Origin: Narcine bancroftii
Taxonomy: Eukaryota
Length of the DNA: 64,000 nucleotides
NCBI RefSeq assembly: GCF_036971445.1
Contig: NC_091470.1
Location: forward strand, 242,110,001-242,174,000
Reading direction: 5' to 3'
Shown here: positions 36,404-48,845 of the stretch, in pieces
Numbering within the stretch: position 1 is the stretch's first letter
How the letters are laid out: each line of letters starts with the position of its first letter
Translations under genes and position numbers: made by a program
The notes under the pieces: generated by a model
The model's input: the letters and a program-made list of their open reading frames with translations, nothing else
What the model was told of the DNA's origin: nothing
Databases searched by the model: none

Positions 36404-36615
36404 CACCAAAAGGAGAGCCAATTGAGTACAGCGTGGAGACACTGATCATTTTTGTTGTTAGTACAATCGTAGTGCTGATAGTTTTGTCACTCGTTGCTGT
36501 ACTGGTTTGTCGCAAAATTCACCAAAATAGGATGGAAAGGTTGCATGCTCGTGATGCAGAAAACGGAGCAATTGATGGTCTAATAGCTTCTAATGTGGGA
36601 GATAGCACACTTGCG
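36404..36615 (+). CDS. acvr1l: acvr1l coding exon 3: transmembrane and juxtamembrane region
   Basis: TTTCAG| acceptor and |GTAATT donor. LIIFVVSTIVVLIVLSLVAVLVC followed by GAIDGLIASNVGDSTLA. Confidence 0.96.
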
Positions 36616-36705
36616 GTAATTAATTTTTACTGTGTTTTTAATTTTCTAAAATTGTATTAATATGAGTATATGTTGTAAAGGTTAGCGTGGATGATATTGA
36701 ATATA

Positions 36706-36909
36706 CAGTAAAACCGCTGGCATCCAACACCTGGTTGATGCTGGATAAATGTATTTTCCGGGCGCTTGCGATTGTGTGATTGGCCGACTAGCAGCGAGGT
36801 GTGCCAATTTTAAACTTAAGTTTTTTTTTTAACCTATTTTCCATAATTTCTTTTGCAGCTTGCCTGAGGCTGCTTGTTCCTTGAATTCTGGATTACAGGG
36901 GTTTTGCTG
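36706..36909. mobile_element. Tigger-like MITE
   Basis: TA|CAGTAAAACCGCTGGCATCC ... GGATTACAGGGGTTTTGCTG|TA. Confidence 0.72.
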
Positions 36910-37404
36910 TATAGCATATCATTTAAAAAGTTAGGTAGCTTCTATTTGCTTGTATGAGTGTTTACTATACTTGTAAAGATCATAAAATATAAAGTTTTTT
37001 ATATAAAAGAAAATTTTTGCTTTAATTGTACTCTCATTGATTGGCAGCTTAATAGAACATCTCCACAACTGCCAAATTTCAGTTTGTAATTAGATTACCT
37101 TAACAGTGTGACTAAATTTTTAACTTTGAGTAATAACATTCTTTCTCATTCCTGCGCTGTCTCGTTTTCCCTCCCCACTCTCTCTATGTATATAGAGATG
37201 ATCTAACATAATGATATTTAGAATTTTTCTTTTGAATGCATACCTCATGTGAAATTAAGGCCAAGATCATATCAGCCTTGTTATAGAATGACAGGAGGCT
37301 CATAGGACCATACATTCTCCTCTATCTTATTTACTTATGTTTCTAAGTCCAATTCACCAATGAACAGAACCTCCTGGGCATTTTTGTTCATTTATTATTC
37401 ATTG

Positions 37405-38030
37405 TTCAAATTTATTGTCAGAGTACCTATATGACATCACATACAACCGTGAGATTCTTTTTCCTGCTGGCCACGCAGAATTTCTATGTATCGGTAGTGT
37501 AAACTGTACTCACAAGTTAGATACAAATACAAGAGGGAAAATGTAAACAAACTGCAATACAGAGAAAAAAAAAATTCAGTCATGAATGATATGCAACGTA
37601 AGATCCTTAATTGAGTCTATTGTTTCGGACTTTGCTGGTGGAGGTGTTACAACCATTCCTGAACTTGGTGGCACACGTCTTGTGTCACCTATGCTTCTTT
37701 CCTGATGGCAGCTGCGAATAGAGAGTGTTTCATTGGGAATCCTTGATTATTGCTGCTGCTCTCTATGGTGGGAGACTTTTGACTGTGATGTACTGGGCTG
37801 TTTCCACTACCTTTTGCAGTCCTTTCCGTTCAGAGGTATTGATGCTCCCATGCCAAACTGTGATGCATCCGGTCAGCACACTTTCCACTACACACCTGTA
37901 GAAGTTTGCCAAGTTTCTGATGTCAAACCGAAACTCCTGAGGAAGTAGAGGCACTGACGTACTTTCTGCACAATGGCATTAGTATGTTGGGTCCTCCAAG
38001 ATGGTGACTCCCAGGAATTTAAATTTTCTC
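37405..38030 (-). mobile_element. Rex1/Babar-type LINE 3' fragment
   Basis: Minus ORF LANFYRCVVESVLTGCITVWHG..LQKVVETAQYIT. Confidence 0.78.
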
Positions 38031-38289
38031 ACCTCATTTTCCCCACTATATTAAAATGTGCAATACTGGATTAAGCTTTGTTGTATTGATTGTATTGTGT
38101 ACTACTTTTCCGAATACAAGCCAATTCAGCAAATTATACTTTAGTTCATTTTTTTCCCATGAATTTTAGAATTTACTGGAAACATAGTCAACTTCAAATC
38201 TGGATATCCAACTAACATTTTTAGCAGCCAAACTATTTTCAGAGTTCACTTAAGTGATCATCAATGGTTGACTGGACAGAATATGTTTT

Positions 38290-39190
38290 AAGTTTATTTG
38301 TCCAAAATACTTAGTGCAATGAGAGGGGCTCTTCTGTGAGCAGACTAACAGGTTATGTCTAACATTCATATAACCGACTAAGACCACAATTATAAAGTAT
38401 AGGATTGCAATGAAAAGAAAGATCAATGAGCATCAAGCAAGGACATCCTGACAACGCTTTTGTGGTATTCATTCAGGAGCCTGATGGCTGCAGGGAATAA
38501 ACTGTCTTTATGCCTGTTGGTGTTTGTTTTCATATTCTTAAGCCTTCTCCCTGATTGGATGTGCGTTGGAATGTGTGTTTTTCGGTATGTTGCCTGTTTT
38601 TCCAAGGGCAATAGAAGTAGATGGAGTCCATGGAGGGAAGGAAAATTTTTGCTATGTTCTGAACTGCATTTACTACCTTTTGAGCAGAACAGATCCCATA
38701 CCATGCATCCACCGAATATGCTTTCAATGGTGGACGTGTAGAAGTTGTTGGACATTGTTTAGAAAATTAATGAATTTCCCAAAGGTCAAGGCATTGGTGT
38801 GCTTTCTTGACTATCCATCCACATGTGTGCCCCAGGCAAGGCCATTGAAGATATTTATTCCTTAGAACTTGAAGCTATTGACTCTTTCAACTTCAATGCA
38901 ATTAACGTGGTCAGGGGTGTGGACTCTGCCCTCTTTCCTGAAGTCAGTGATGATCTTTCATCGTATTGATGTTGAGGGAGAGGTCGTTATCTTAGCTTTT
39001 GATCTCTTTCCTGTGTTCTCTCTTATGGTTTGTTATTCAGACCACTACTGTGGTGTCATTGGCGAATTTGGACCAGTAATTGGTTGTCGAGTTATGGGTG
39101 TCGAGATAGTACAGCAAGTGACTGAGTATACATCCTTGGGGACGGGCAGTGTTGGGAAAATAATTTGGTCAATGTGGCACTCTGACTTTT
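38290..39190 (-). mobile_element. Rex1/Babar-type LINE 3' fragment
   Basis: NFYTSTIESI and TNRHKDSLFPAAIRLLN. Confidence 0.72.
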
Positions 39191-42089
39191 GATTCTAGAT
39201 CTTGACACCATCAGATGTATCCATTGGAGATGAAATTTACATTATTGTTCCCACTATATTATAATTCCATTAATGGAGTAGTCGGAATAGTTAAATGCAG
39301 GGATGTAAACCATGTGCCTGATCCTGAATGAACAACTTGAATCCTGTTTAGAGATCCTTTAATTGCATTGGTGGTTCATTCTGAATTTTTGTCTAAGTTC
39401 TTTGAAAACAATGCGTAATTTTTTACAATATTTTCAGTCCTTTGCCATTGAAATGGGGTTTATGGAAAAAGGAAATCAAAATAAACTATGTTGATGATAT
39501 CTGCTTAGACCCTCAAATAGTCATCTAGCAGTTGCATCTCCCCCTCCAAGATGACTATTTCCAGATGAATTATAGAGGCATTGCACAATCCATTATAGGC
39601 TGGATTCGCTCAGTTCAAGTTAATAGTTATTTTGGTTGTGGAATGACTTTGCTCTGAGCATTTCTGAGTCTGACTGAACTTGTTCCTAAAGCATAACTGC
39701 TGCTAAAATTCAGTGCCTTCATTAATATGAGTCACATTTTCTGACTTTGAACAAAGACCAACAGCTCGGAACTATTAATTTGAAATTGGAAACTTTGGTG
39801 TAAGCCCATAAAAAGTTAGCTGGATGCACTTCATTTAGATGCTTTATTTGACTAATGTTTAAGTAAATAGAGTTCAGTATCAGAATTTATTGTCATGAAC
39901 AAGTCCTGAAATTCGTTGTTTTGCGGCAGCGTCCTAGTGTAAACATTCATATTATAACCATCTGACAACATGACTATAAAAAATTTAAATAATAGTGCAC
40001 GAAAAAGTTCTTCTGTGTACAAAAGACCACATTACTGCAGAGGCACCGAATGCAAGTCAAGATTAGGATTGTTTTCCCAGAAAAGGTGTTGCCACCAGGT
40101 TAATTCAAAAGTTGGTGTATGATCCACTGCTAGGATGAATATCTTGTGATCCATTCAATGTCGCACAGCCTAAGCCATGCCCTGTTCCTCCTTTGAGTGA
40201 TTCCAATGTCATTGACCCCATCTATAATCTCTGTAAATTGGAAGCAGTAGCTCTTCTGCAAATATACATTTTGGCCTCCACTATATTGATCGAAAAAGTC
40301 AAGCTGTTGATACCGGGAACAAACAAACAAAAGTGATTAGGGCTTTCGAGATGTGTAACTCTGGTGAAATGCGCTGTAGAGAGAGAATGGATTACAAATT
40401 TAGATTTGAAATTGAGTTTGTGTAGTAGTTGTATCAATTTTTATGACCAGAATATTCTTCATTTTCTAAGAAAATGCATCTGGTAAAATAGCTTCTATGG
40501 ACTTAATTAAGTCTCAGGTTCATCAGTTGAAAAATATTTGTATCTTTTATCAAGCTGGAAGGTCTGTGACCCTCAAAATTAATGAGTAACCAGATGTTGT
40601 CAATGGCCCTAGAATGTTGTGGAACTTGGAAGAAGTGGTGGTTGAGTTTCTGTGTCATATTTGTGCAGGATTGGAGATACTCTTTGTATGTTTTTAAAGG
40701 GCTCAAAGGATTTATTTAGAAAACTGGGTTTCAGGTATAATAAAGAATTCTACAATTTTGAATTCTCAGTGTCTTATGTGCTGGATGCTTTTCCCTCACC
40801 CTTGCTACTGGCTCTTTACATTCGATGCCCGTATTATCTTTTTATCTGGTCAGGTGAGATAGCCAAGTGCTAAATCTAGTCATAATTGAAGTAAAACTGA
40901 TTCCAGTCTTCTTTACTTTAATTAGAATTTAATTATAAACGTTTTATGCCTCATACACTTAGCATTATAAAACATTACTAAAATTCCTGCAAAATCAAAG
41001 CAGAGACACAAAAAGCTGCAGATTCTGGACTCTCAAACAAAAAAGAGCTGCTGGAGGAACTCGGTGGGTCAGATAGATTTGGACAACCTTTCAGGTCAAG
41101 ACCCAGCATCAGTCTATAGATGCTGCTTGACCTACTGAGTTCCTCTGGCAGCTATTTTGTTTTTGTTCCATCAAAATTAGCTGATTAAGATGCTGGATCA
41201 ATGATGTTAAATAACTTTCATCGCTTTATGGGAATAGCCTGATGATAAAGGAATGAGAACAAAGTTCACTTTTTTTCAGTATTCACAACTGATGTAGCCT
41301 GTAAGCTCCTCATTACAGTCTACTTAAAAGACTGGGTTTTTGAAGGATGTCAAGTGAGCAAATAGGTTTTGAGAAAGAGAGGAAATTTTGGGAGGGAGTT
41401 CCGTTTAGGTAATGGGCAAAGTAAGGAGTATGAAAGAGAGAACTGAGGAGCAAAGGTCTATCCTTTTACTTGATATCGATTCTGACAAACCTTAGAGTGG
41501 GTTGATTCTCTGGATATTAGCTCAGGGACTGAGACATTTTGACAGCAGTTGAACTGGTGGTAACCACTTTCATGCTAAATCTGTTGCTCCATCTGGACCA
41601 GTTAGGACCCAGGTCTTAAATGAAATATCATCCTTCACATTGACCTGAAAATGACTTTGAATTAACCACCAACACAGAGTGAGAGCCATCAAATCCAGAT
41701 CTACTAATCATAGTCCTTGTTGCTCTCCTCAGATTCTCTCTCCTCTTCCTTTACAAGTCCTTATTAAAGGAAAAAACTTTCTGTATGAATTAACAGTAAT
41801 TGAAACCAAGGTGTGTGATAACAGCGCACTTTTGATTTGATATTTGGAATTAGGAGATATCTGTAAGCCCAAAGATGGAGGAGTGCCAAGATCTGGTTTT
41901 GTTGCAGGTTACTTAAATGAGGAGCAAGCTCACAGGGAGGTATTCATTAAAGTATTTTATTTTTATGTATCTAATAATGCAATTAAAACTGCTTAACTTG
42001 GGAGTAAATTTATTTCATTCATCAGACTCCTCATTTGAACTATACTAATTATAGTTTTAATATTAATGTTTCATATTCTTCATTCTTAG

Positions 42090-42245
<156 letters not shown>

Positions 42246-42931
42246 TGAACATTACAATTTAACTTTTAGAAGTAGCCTTAAACAAGTTAGTTGGATGCAC
42301 TTTTCACGAGGAGATTTAGCAATGATATCCCTCGTTAGTGGCCAAAATCTTCACAAATTGATTTGGTTTCAGTCTTCACAGATTTGGCATGTGACAGATG
42401 AGAAAACTCTCCCTCTTGATTATTTAAGTGCTTTATTTGAGCTATTGCTTCCAAAGTGGGTTGCAGGAGCAGGAAATCTGATGGAAAAGTAAGAATAATT
42501 TTAAATCTGGCAAAAAGACCAAAACAACAGGTTTTAAGATCTGGAATTGGATTAATAAACCTAATATTTCTTTTAAAATTGCATTGATAATTTGTCCTTA
42601 ATTTTATACGTGTATAGGGTTAAAATTACAGTATATTAGCTGAGAGTGTACAGGAATTTCTAATATTGAGTGCTTAAAGATTTTGCTTTATATTGCAAGC
42701 TGGCCAAACATACAGCCTGAATGCTCATAGAAATGTCTGATCTTTGGTTAATATTTCCATCTTCCAAGAAACATTTAGGCTATTGGGAACATCCAAAAAC
42801 ATTGCATTGGAATGGAATTTGTGAATAGCTTTTGACACTGGAAAACTAAGTGTTGCAATGCAACAGTACAGGAACAGCATGTTGCAGACAAATGTTTACA
42901 TGATGGAGTAGCAATTCGTTCAAAGCAAGTT

Positions 42932-44760
42932 TGGAGAAAAACGACACGTTCACCAAAGCCTTGGAAAACGAGACTGAATTATTGCTCTGGCCGTTGTGCT
43001 TATATGGGCCCCTGATGCTGATGTCAGGGCCCCGTGTCATCAGACCGCTGGCCTGGGATAAGCCGGCGTTCCCGCCAGAGTTCCCACCTTCCCGTCGTGT
43101 GGAGGTCACCTGGGATGATGGCTGGTGTCACCCCCAGGTCCGTGCAATTGCTGCGTTCGTTGGCCATTTTGCGGGTCGCTACACGATATTTCCCATCCCA
43201 AAGAACCGGTGGCCTACCTCTGCATCAAGGGGGAGGAGTGGAGACCAGCTCATCACAGTCCAGATATGCCAATTTCAGATGGTCGACAGTAAAAGTCTCC
43301 TTACCACTGATGTCAAGGACAAAGGTGGAACCATTGTTCCTAACGACCTTGTAGGGCCCCTCGTAAGGTCATTGTAAGGGTGGTTTGTGAGTGCCCCTTC
43401 TCATGAATACGTACTGACAAGGCCTTGGGAATGCTACGTTTGTGCTGACTGTGTGGTGGGGGTTGTCACGGGACCAAGGACCCCAGTTCTTGGGTCACCG
43501 CGGGGTATTCCAAGCATTTATTAGGGGCCAGGAACTCCCCGGGGATGATTAAAGGTGCATTGTAGACCATCTCCATTGTTGAGGAATTGAAGTCCTCCTT
43601 CAGTGGGGTACAAATTCCCAACAGGACCCAAGGTGTTTCGTCCACCAAGTTGGGACCCTTGAGTCTGCCTTAAGGTGACTGTGGAAGCTCTCTACTAACC
43701 CGTTGGCCTGAGGGTGATACACTATGGTGTGGTGGAACTGTGTCACCAGAAAGTTAGCCAGCTCTGTCCAGAGGTGAATTGTGCCCTCTGTCCAAGGTTA
43801 GATGCTCTGGGACTCCGAATCGGGACATTCATGTGTCAAAGAGTGCCCTGGCGCAGGTTTCTATGGTGGTATCAGCCAGCGGGACCACATCAGGCCACCT
43901 TCTGGAGCAGTCAACCATGGTCAAAAGGTATCTCGCCCCACTATGTCAATGTGTACATGGCTGAACCTGTGCAGAGCCGGCTCAAAAGTCTGTCTGGGCA
44001 CTGTCATGTGAACCTGCACTTTGGAGGACTGACAGTTCGTGCAGGTCTTGGCCCACTGGCTGACCTGTTTGCGGAGGCCATGCCAGACAAACCTGCTGCC
44101 ACCATTTTGACCGTGGTGCAGATTTTGGGGTGCGTCATGTTGTGGATGGCCTCTAACCTGGTGCCTCCATGCAGCCGGAGCGATGGGGTGGGGGCTGCCG
44201 GTAGAAACATCACACAGCAGTGTCAGGTTACTTGGGTTGACGGGGATGTCCTCCACCCCGAGGCCGGAACTGGCTGTCCTAAATGCAGGGATCTCAGAGT
44301 CCTGATTGTTGCGCTTTGGCGAGGGCCATGTAGTCGACCCCTTGGGACAGGGCGCAGACCAACTCAATTGCAGGGTGTGATAGAGCATCGGCTGCCACAT
44401 TGCTTTTTCCCACGATGTGCTGTATGTACCTGGTAAATTTGGACACGTAGGACAAGTGTCTCTGTTGTCGGGCCAACCACAGGTCTGATACTTTATGGAA
44501 GGCGAAAGTCAGTGTCTTGATTGGTGAACACCCTGAATTGCCAGCCTTCCAAAAAGTAATGGAAATGTCTTACCGCCAGGTACGGCGCCAACAGCTCTCT
44601 GTCGAAAGTGCTGTATTTGAGCACTGGGAGGTGGAGGTGCCTACTGAAAAAGGCCAGGGGTTGCTACTGGCCATCGATGAGTTGTTTAAGCAGATCTTTC
44701 TAGAGCAGCTACCCGAGGATATTCGACTCTTGTTCACGGTGGAGGATTTCAGCGACCCAC
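42932..44760 (-). mobile_element. Truncated Gypsy element: 3' LTR, integrase and RNase H, ending in an inverted gag fragment
   Basis: LTR about 42932-43183 (TGTAGCGACC on the minus strand after a purine tract). ARQQRHLSYVSKFT, FSHVHIDIVG, PWVLLGI. A + strand piece LFKQIFLEQLPEDIRLL lies at about 44680-44760. Confidence 0.85.
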
Positions 44761-44920
44761 TGTTAATTTAAATTCCAGTGTAATTATGCTAGGCACCATG
44801 AAAAATGTGAGTTAAATTGACAGCATTACAACATTTTTAATTAAGGCTATTGTGCTTCGATTTCTATGTTCACCCAAGAAACTTGAAGAAAAACAAACAT
44901 TTCTTACCCCCATTATATGA

Positions 44921-45130
<210 letters not shown>

Positions 45131-46108
45131 TAATTTATGCAAACACCCTGCGAGTTCATATTATGTTTTATTGTTCAGTTCACGATCAGAATCGGAGAGG
45201 AGAAACCATTCTCCAGAATTCATGAAATAATATCCTTACCATATACTGATGCTGTAAATCACCCTCTTAAATGGTTTGAAACAAGAAAGTCTGGAGACGC
45301 CGTGATTGTAGTCAAGGTTGACAAAGGGCTTTGGCCTGAAACATTGGTTATATATTTTTGCCTCCTATGTATGCTGTGGGACCTACTGAGTTTCTCCAGC
45401 ACTTTTGTGTATTTACTCTTAAATTTGTTTTCTCTACTAAAATCTGGAAATACTGTAAAGTCAAAGGCATCTCTGAAGAGAGCCTGCAGTATATGCAAAT
45501 TTATTAATTCGGCAAACATCTGTGTGAATTAGGATTTCGGGCATTAACACCTAAGCTATGGTGAAAACCATCACAAAATAGTCGTCCGCCATTCACAACA
45601 ACAGTGCATTGTTAAACTGAAGAGAAATCCAAAGACAAGCACTAGTCATTGCCTGCTAGAGAACGAATGCTGGGGCATCATATTCTTGCGTGCCATTTGT
45701 AGTGGAAGGAATATTGTCCTACAGGACATGATGTTCACACATTCTGAACTCATGGTATCTCTATTCCATGCACAAATCATGTAAAACTTGGGGGCGCACT
45801 CTTCCCCACCACACTACTAAACAGCCCCCACCAAAAAAAAATCAGCTAAAAGTATCACTAAGGCATAAATCAGAAGGCACACCAGAATCACTGTTACAAG
45901 CAAGAAAAAGCAAAGCTGTAAATCATTTGTGAAAATCTACTATTTTAAAGAGAAGCAAAAGAGTAAATTTCAAAGTAGTAAAAACATAATCGTTCTTACA
46001 CTAAATTTCAATTCATCTTTCTCTCCGGTAAAACCAAAAGTCCCAGCCAATTTAATTACCAAGGTTGGCAAGTTTCCTTTAGGTTTGTGTAGAAGCTAAA
46101 AGAAACTA

Positions 46109-46853
46109 CAGGGGTGGTCCCTGACTTACAACCTTAATTGGGCTCAAAGGATCCGTCGTATCTCGGAATGAACGTAAATCAGAATTTGGCCCGCGCGCAT
46201 GGAATATTGAAGACTTAAAGCAAACTTTTTAATCAAATCTTTTTTTCGTTGTAGATTTTTGTTAGTCAGTGTTCTAGAATCCATAGCCTGGGGGTGCAGC
46301 CATCTTGATTTTTGTGTGCATGCGTGAGACATGGATTGGTGCATGTGCGGTTGGCTTGTGTATTGGAGTTCAGTTGGCTCATGCACAAGAGTTGAGGCAC
46401 AAATTCAAAGTTGTCAGGGTGCTTAACTCTCATGTGTGCGCCAACCAATCTCTAATACGTGAACCCACCGCTCATGCGCCAACCGAACTCCAACAGGCGA
46501 ACCCATCGTGCATGAGCCAACTGAACTCCCATGAGCGAAACCACCACGCATGTGCCAACCAAACTCCAATATAGGAACCTACAGTACATGCACCAACGAA
46601 CACCAATGCATAAACCCACTGTATGCGCTAACTGAAGACTCGTGCGTGTGCACAGGAATCAAGATGGCCGCGCCCAACCTATGGACCCTGAAATGCCGTC
46701 TAACAAGGTAAGTACACACATTTTGGCTCTTAGATGCCCTATATCCCTGTTATAGTTTGTCAAATACAACATAAGCTGTGTAAATTTTATATTTTTTCTT
46801 AAAAATACAATTTGGTCGTATGTGCGAATGGGTCGTTAGTCGAGGAGTGTCTG
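46109..46853. mobile_element. Tigger-like non-autonomous element with an internal palindromic repeat array
   Basis: TA|CAGGGGTGGTCCCTGACTTACAACC ... GGTCGTTAGTCGAGGAGTGTCTG|TA imperfect TIRs. Confidence 0.65.
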
Positions 46854-47088
46854 TAAAAGATTTTTTGCTAGATCTCTGATTACCATTTCGCATGTAAAAT
46901 CTGCTTCTCAATCTGGAGTTTTTTCTCATTTTAAATATCTTTCATCTGCATTTTGTATTGAAACTCTAATGGGCTTCTCAACATGCTTCTCAAAGCTTGA
47001 AATGGAAGGAATATAAATTAACTCAGAATTGATGAAAATACAAGTCTGCTTATCAAGAAATACTGCACAAGGAAAGGCTACAGCAGTA

Positions 47089-48060
47089 ACATAAACATAA
47101 CATAACAATTACAGCACGGAAACAGGCCATTAGGCCCTTCTAGTACCGAACCAAACACCCCTTTCTAGTCCCACCTCCCTGCACAATGCCCATAACCCTC
47201 CATCTTCTTCTCATCCATATACCTGTCCAACCTTTTCTTAAATAATACAATTGACTCCGCCGCCACTATTTCTCCCGGAAGATCATTCCACACGGCTACC
47301 ACTCTCTGAGTAAAGAAGTTCCCCCTCATGTTACCTCTAAACCTCTGCCCCTTAATTCTTAACTCATGTCCTCTTGTTTTAATCTTTCCTCCTCTTAACG
47401 GAAATAGTCTATCCACATCCACTCTGTCTATCCCTTTCATAATCTTAAATACTTCTATCAAATCCCCTCTCAACCTTCTACGCTCCAAAGAATAAAGACC
47501 TAATCTGTCCAATCTCTCCCTATACTCTAGATGCTTAAATCCAGGTAACATTCTGGCAAACCTTCTCTGCACTCTCTCCACTCTTGTTTATATCCTTCCT
47601 ATAATTAGGCGACCAGAACTGCACACAGAACTCCAAATTAGGCCGCACCAACGTCTTATACAATCTCAACATCACCTCCCAACTCCTATATTCCATGCAA
47701 TGATTGATAAAGGCCAGCATACTAAAAGCCTTCTTCACCACCCTATTCACGTGAGTTTCTACCTTCAGGGAACGATGTACCGTCACTCCTAAATCTTTCT
47801 GCTCTTCTGTATTCCTCAATGCTCTCCCATTTACCACGTATGTCCTATTCTGATTCTTCTTGCCAAAATGAAGCACCTCACACTTATCAGCATTAAATTC
47901 CATCTGCCATTTTTCAGCCCACTTTTCTAAGCAGCCCAAATCCCTCTGCAGTCCTTGAAAACCTTCTTTATTATCCACTATTCCACCTATCTTAGTATCG
48001 TCTGCATATTTACTAATCCAATTCACCACCCCATCATCTAGATCATTAATGTATATAACG
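47089..48060 (-). mobile_element. Young CR1 LINE 3' fragment
   Basis: IYINDLD..KYADDTK, LYKTLVRPNLEFC and NFFTQRVVAVWNDLP, with one frameshift; short-repeat tail. Confidence 0.93.
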
Positions 48061-48845
48061 ATATATATACCAGCACAAGGGCACAAAGAGATGTTAGGAT
48101 GGAGAGATAAACAACCTCCTTGTTTGCAGGCTTCAATTTTTGCAATAGCTCAAGTAGTTGAGCAAAAGCAAGCAGTGGTGCAAATTACCTGCCTAAACTT
48201 AGAGAAAGTTGACAAATAGTGGGAATATTAAATGTCAAGACATCAAATGGGTTAATGTTAATAATTATTATATTTAGGTCTAACAGGCATGAAAAAAATT
48301 TACCATGACAGATTACACATGGTAGTTTTTTTCTTTTTAAAATATTTTTATTGGTATTTAATATATAAACAATTGAACAATACAATGTGCAATACATTTA
48401 AAAATATAGGAAAAATATTTCGAATATGTACATAATTCAAAGGACCAACACACATTGGTAATAGTGTAAAATATAACATAAAACAAAAAGAAAAATCGAA
48501 ACCAACCCAAAAGAAAGAGAAAGGAAAAATGTTAAGTTCTTTTGAAATGAATTATAATTTTTTTAAAAAGGTATACAATTGTCTTTCTCTTCTCATTCTG
48601 TAAGAATTTTTATCAAAAGTTGTATTATTCATGGTTGAGCAAAGCCATCACCTGTTATCCAGTTAAAGAAAGAAAAAAAAATGCCTAAACCAATTTAAAA
48701 AGGACCCCCCCCCCCCCCCCTTTAGCCCAAAACCCCGACCACTAAGCAAAGTTAAGAAATGATATGTGGAAATCAAGTGACATCAACCTGGAACTCAACA
48801 GCATAAGCACCAAAGCTATAGTTAATTTTTGAATCTTTAGCATAT

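Noticed and set aside
42931-44436. + strand ORFs of 148 and 240 aa
   Set aside because: Antisense to the Gypsy LTR and integrase; GC-rich shadow ORFs.
46330-46640. ~37-bp periodic repeats as a CRISPR array
   Set aside because: Degenerate tandem units without unique spacers, no cas genes, vertebrate intron.
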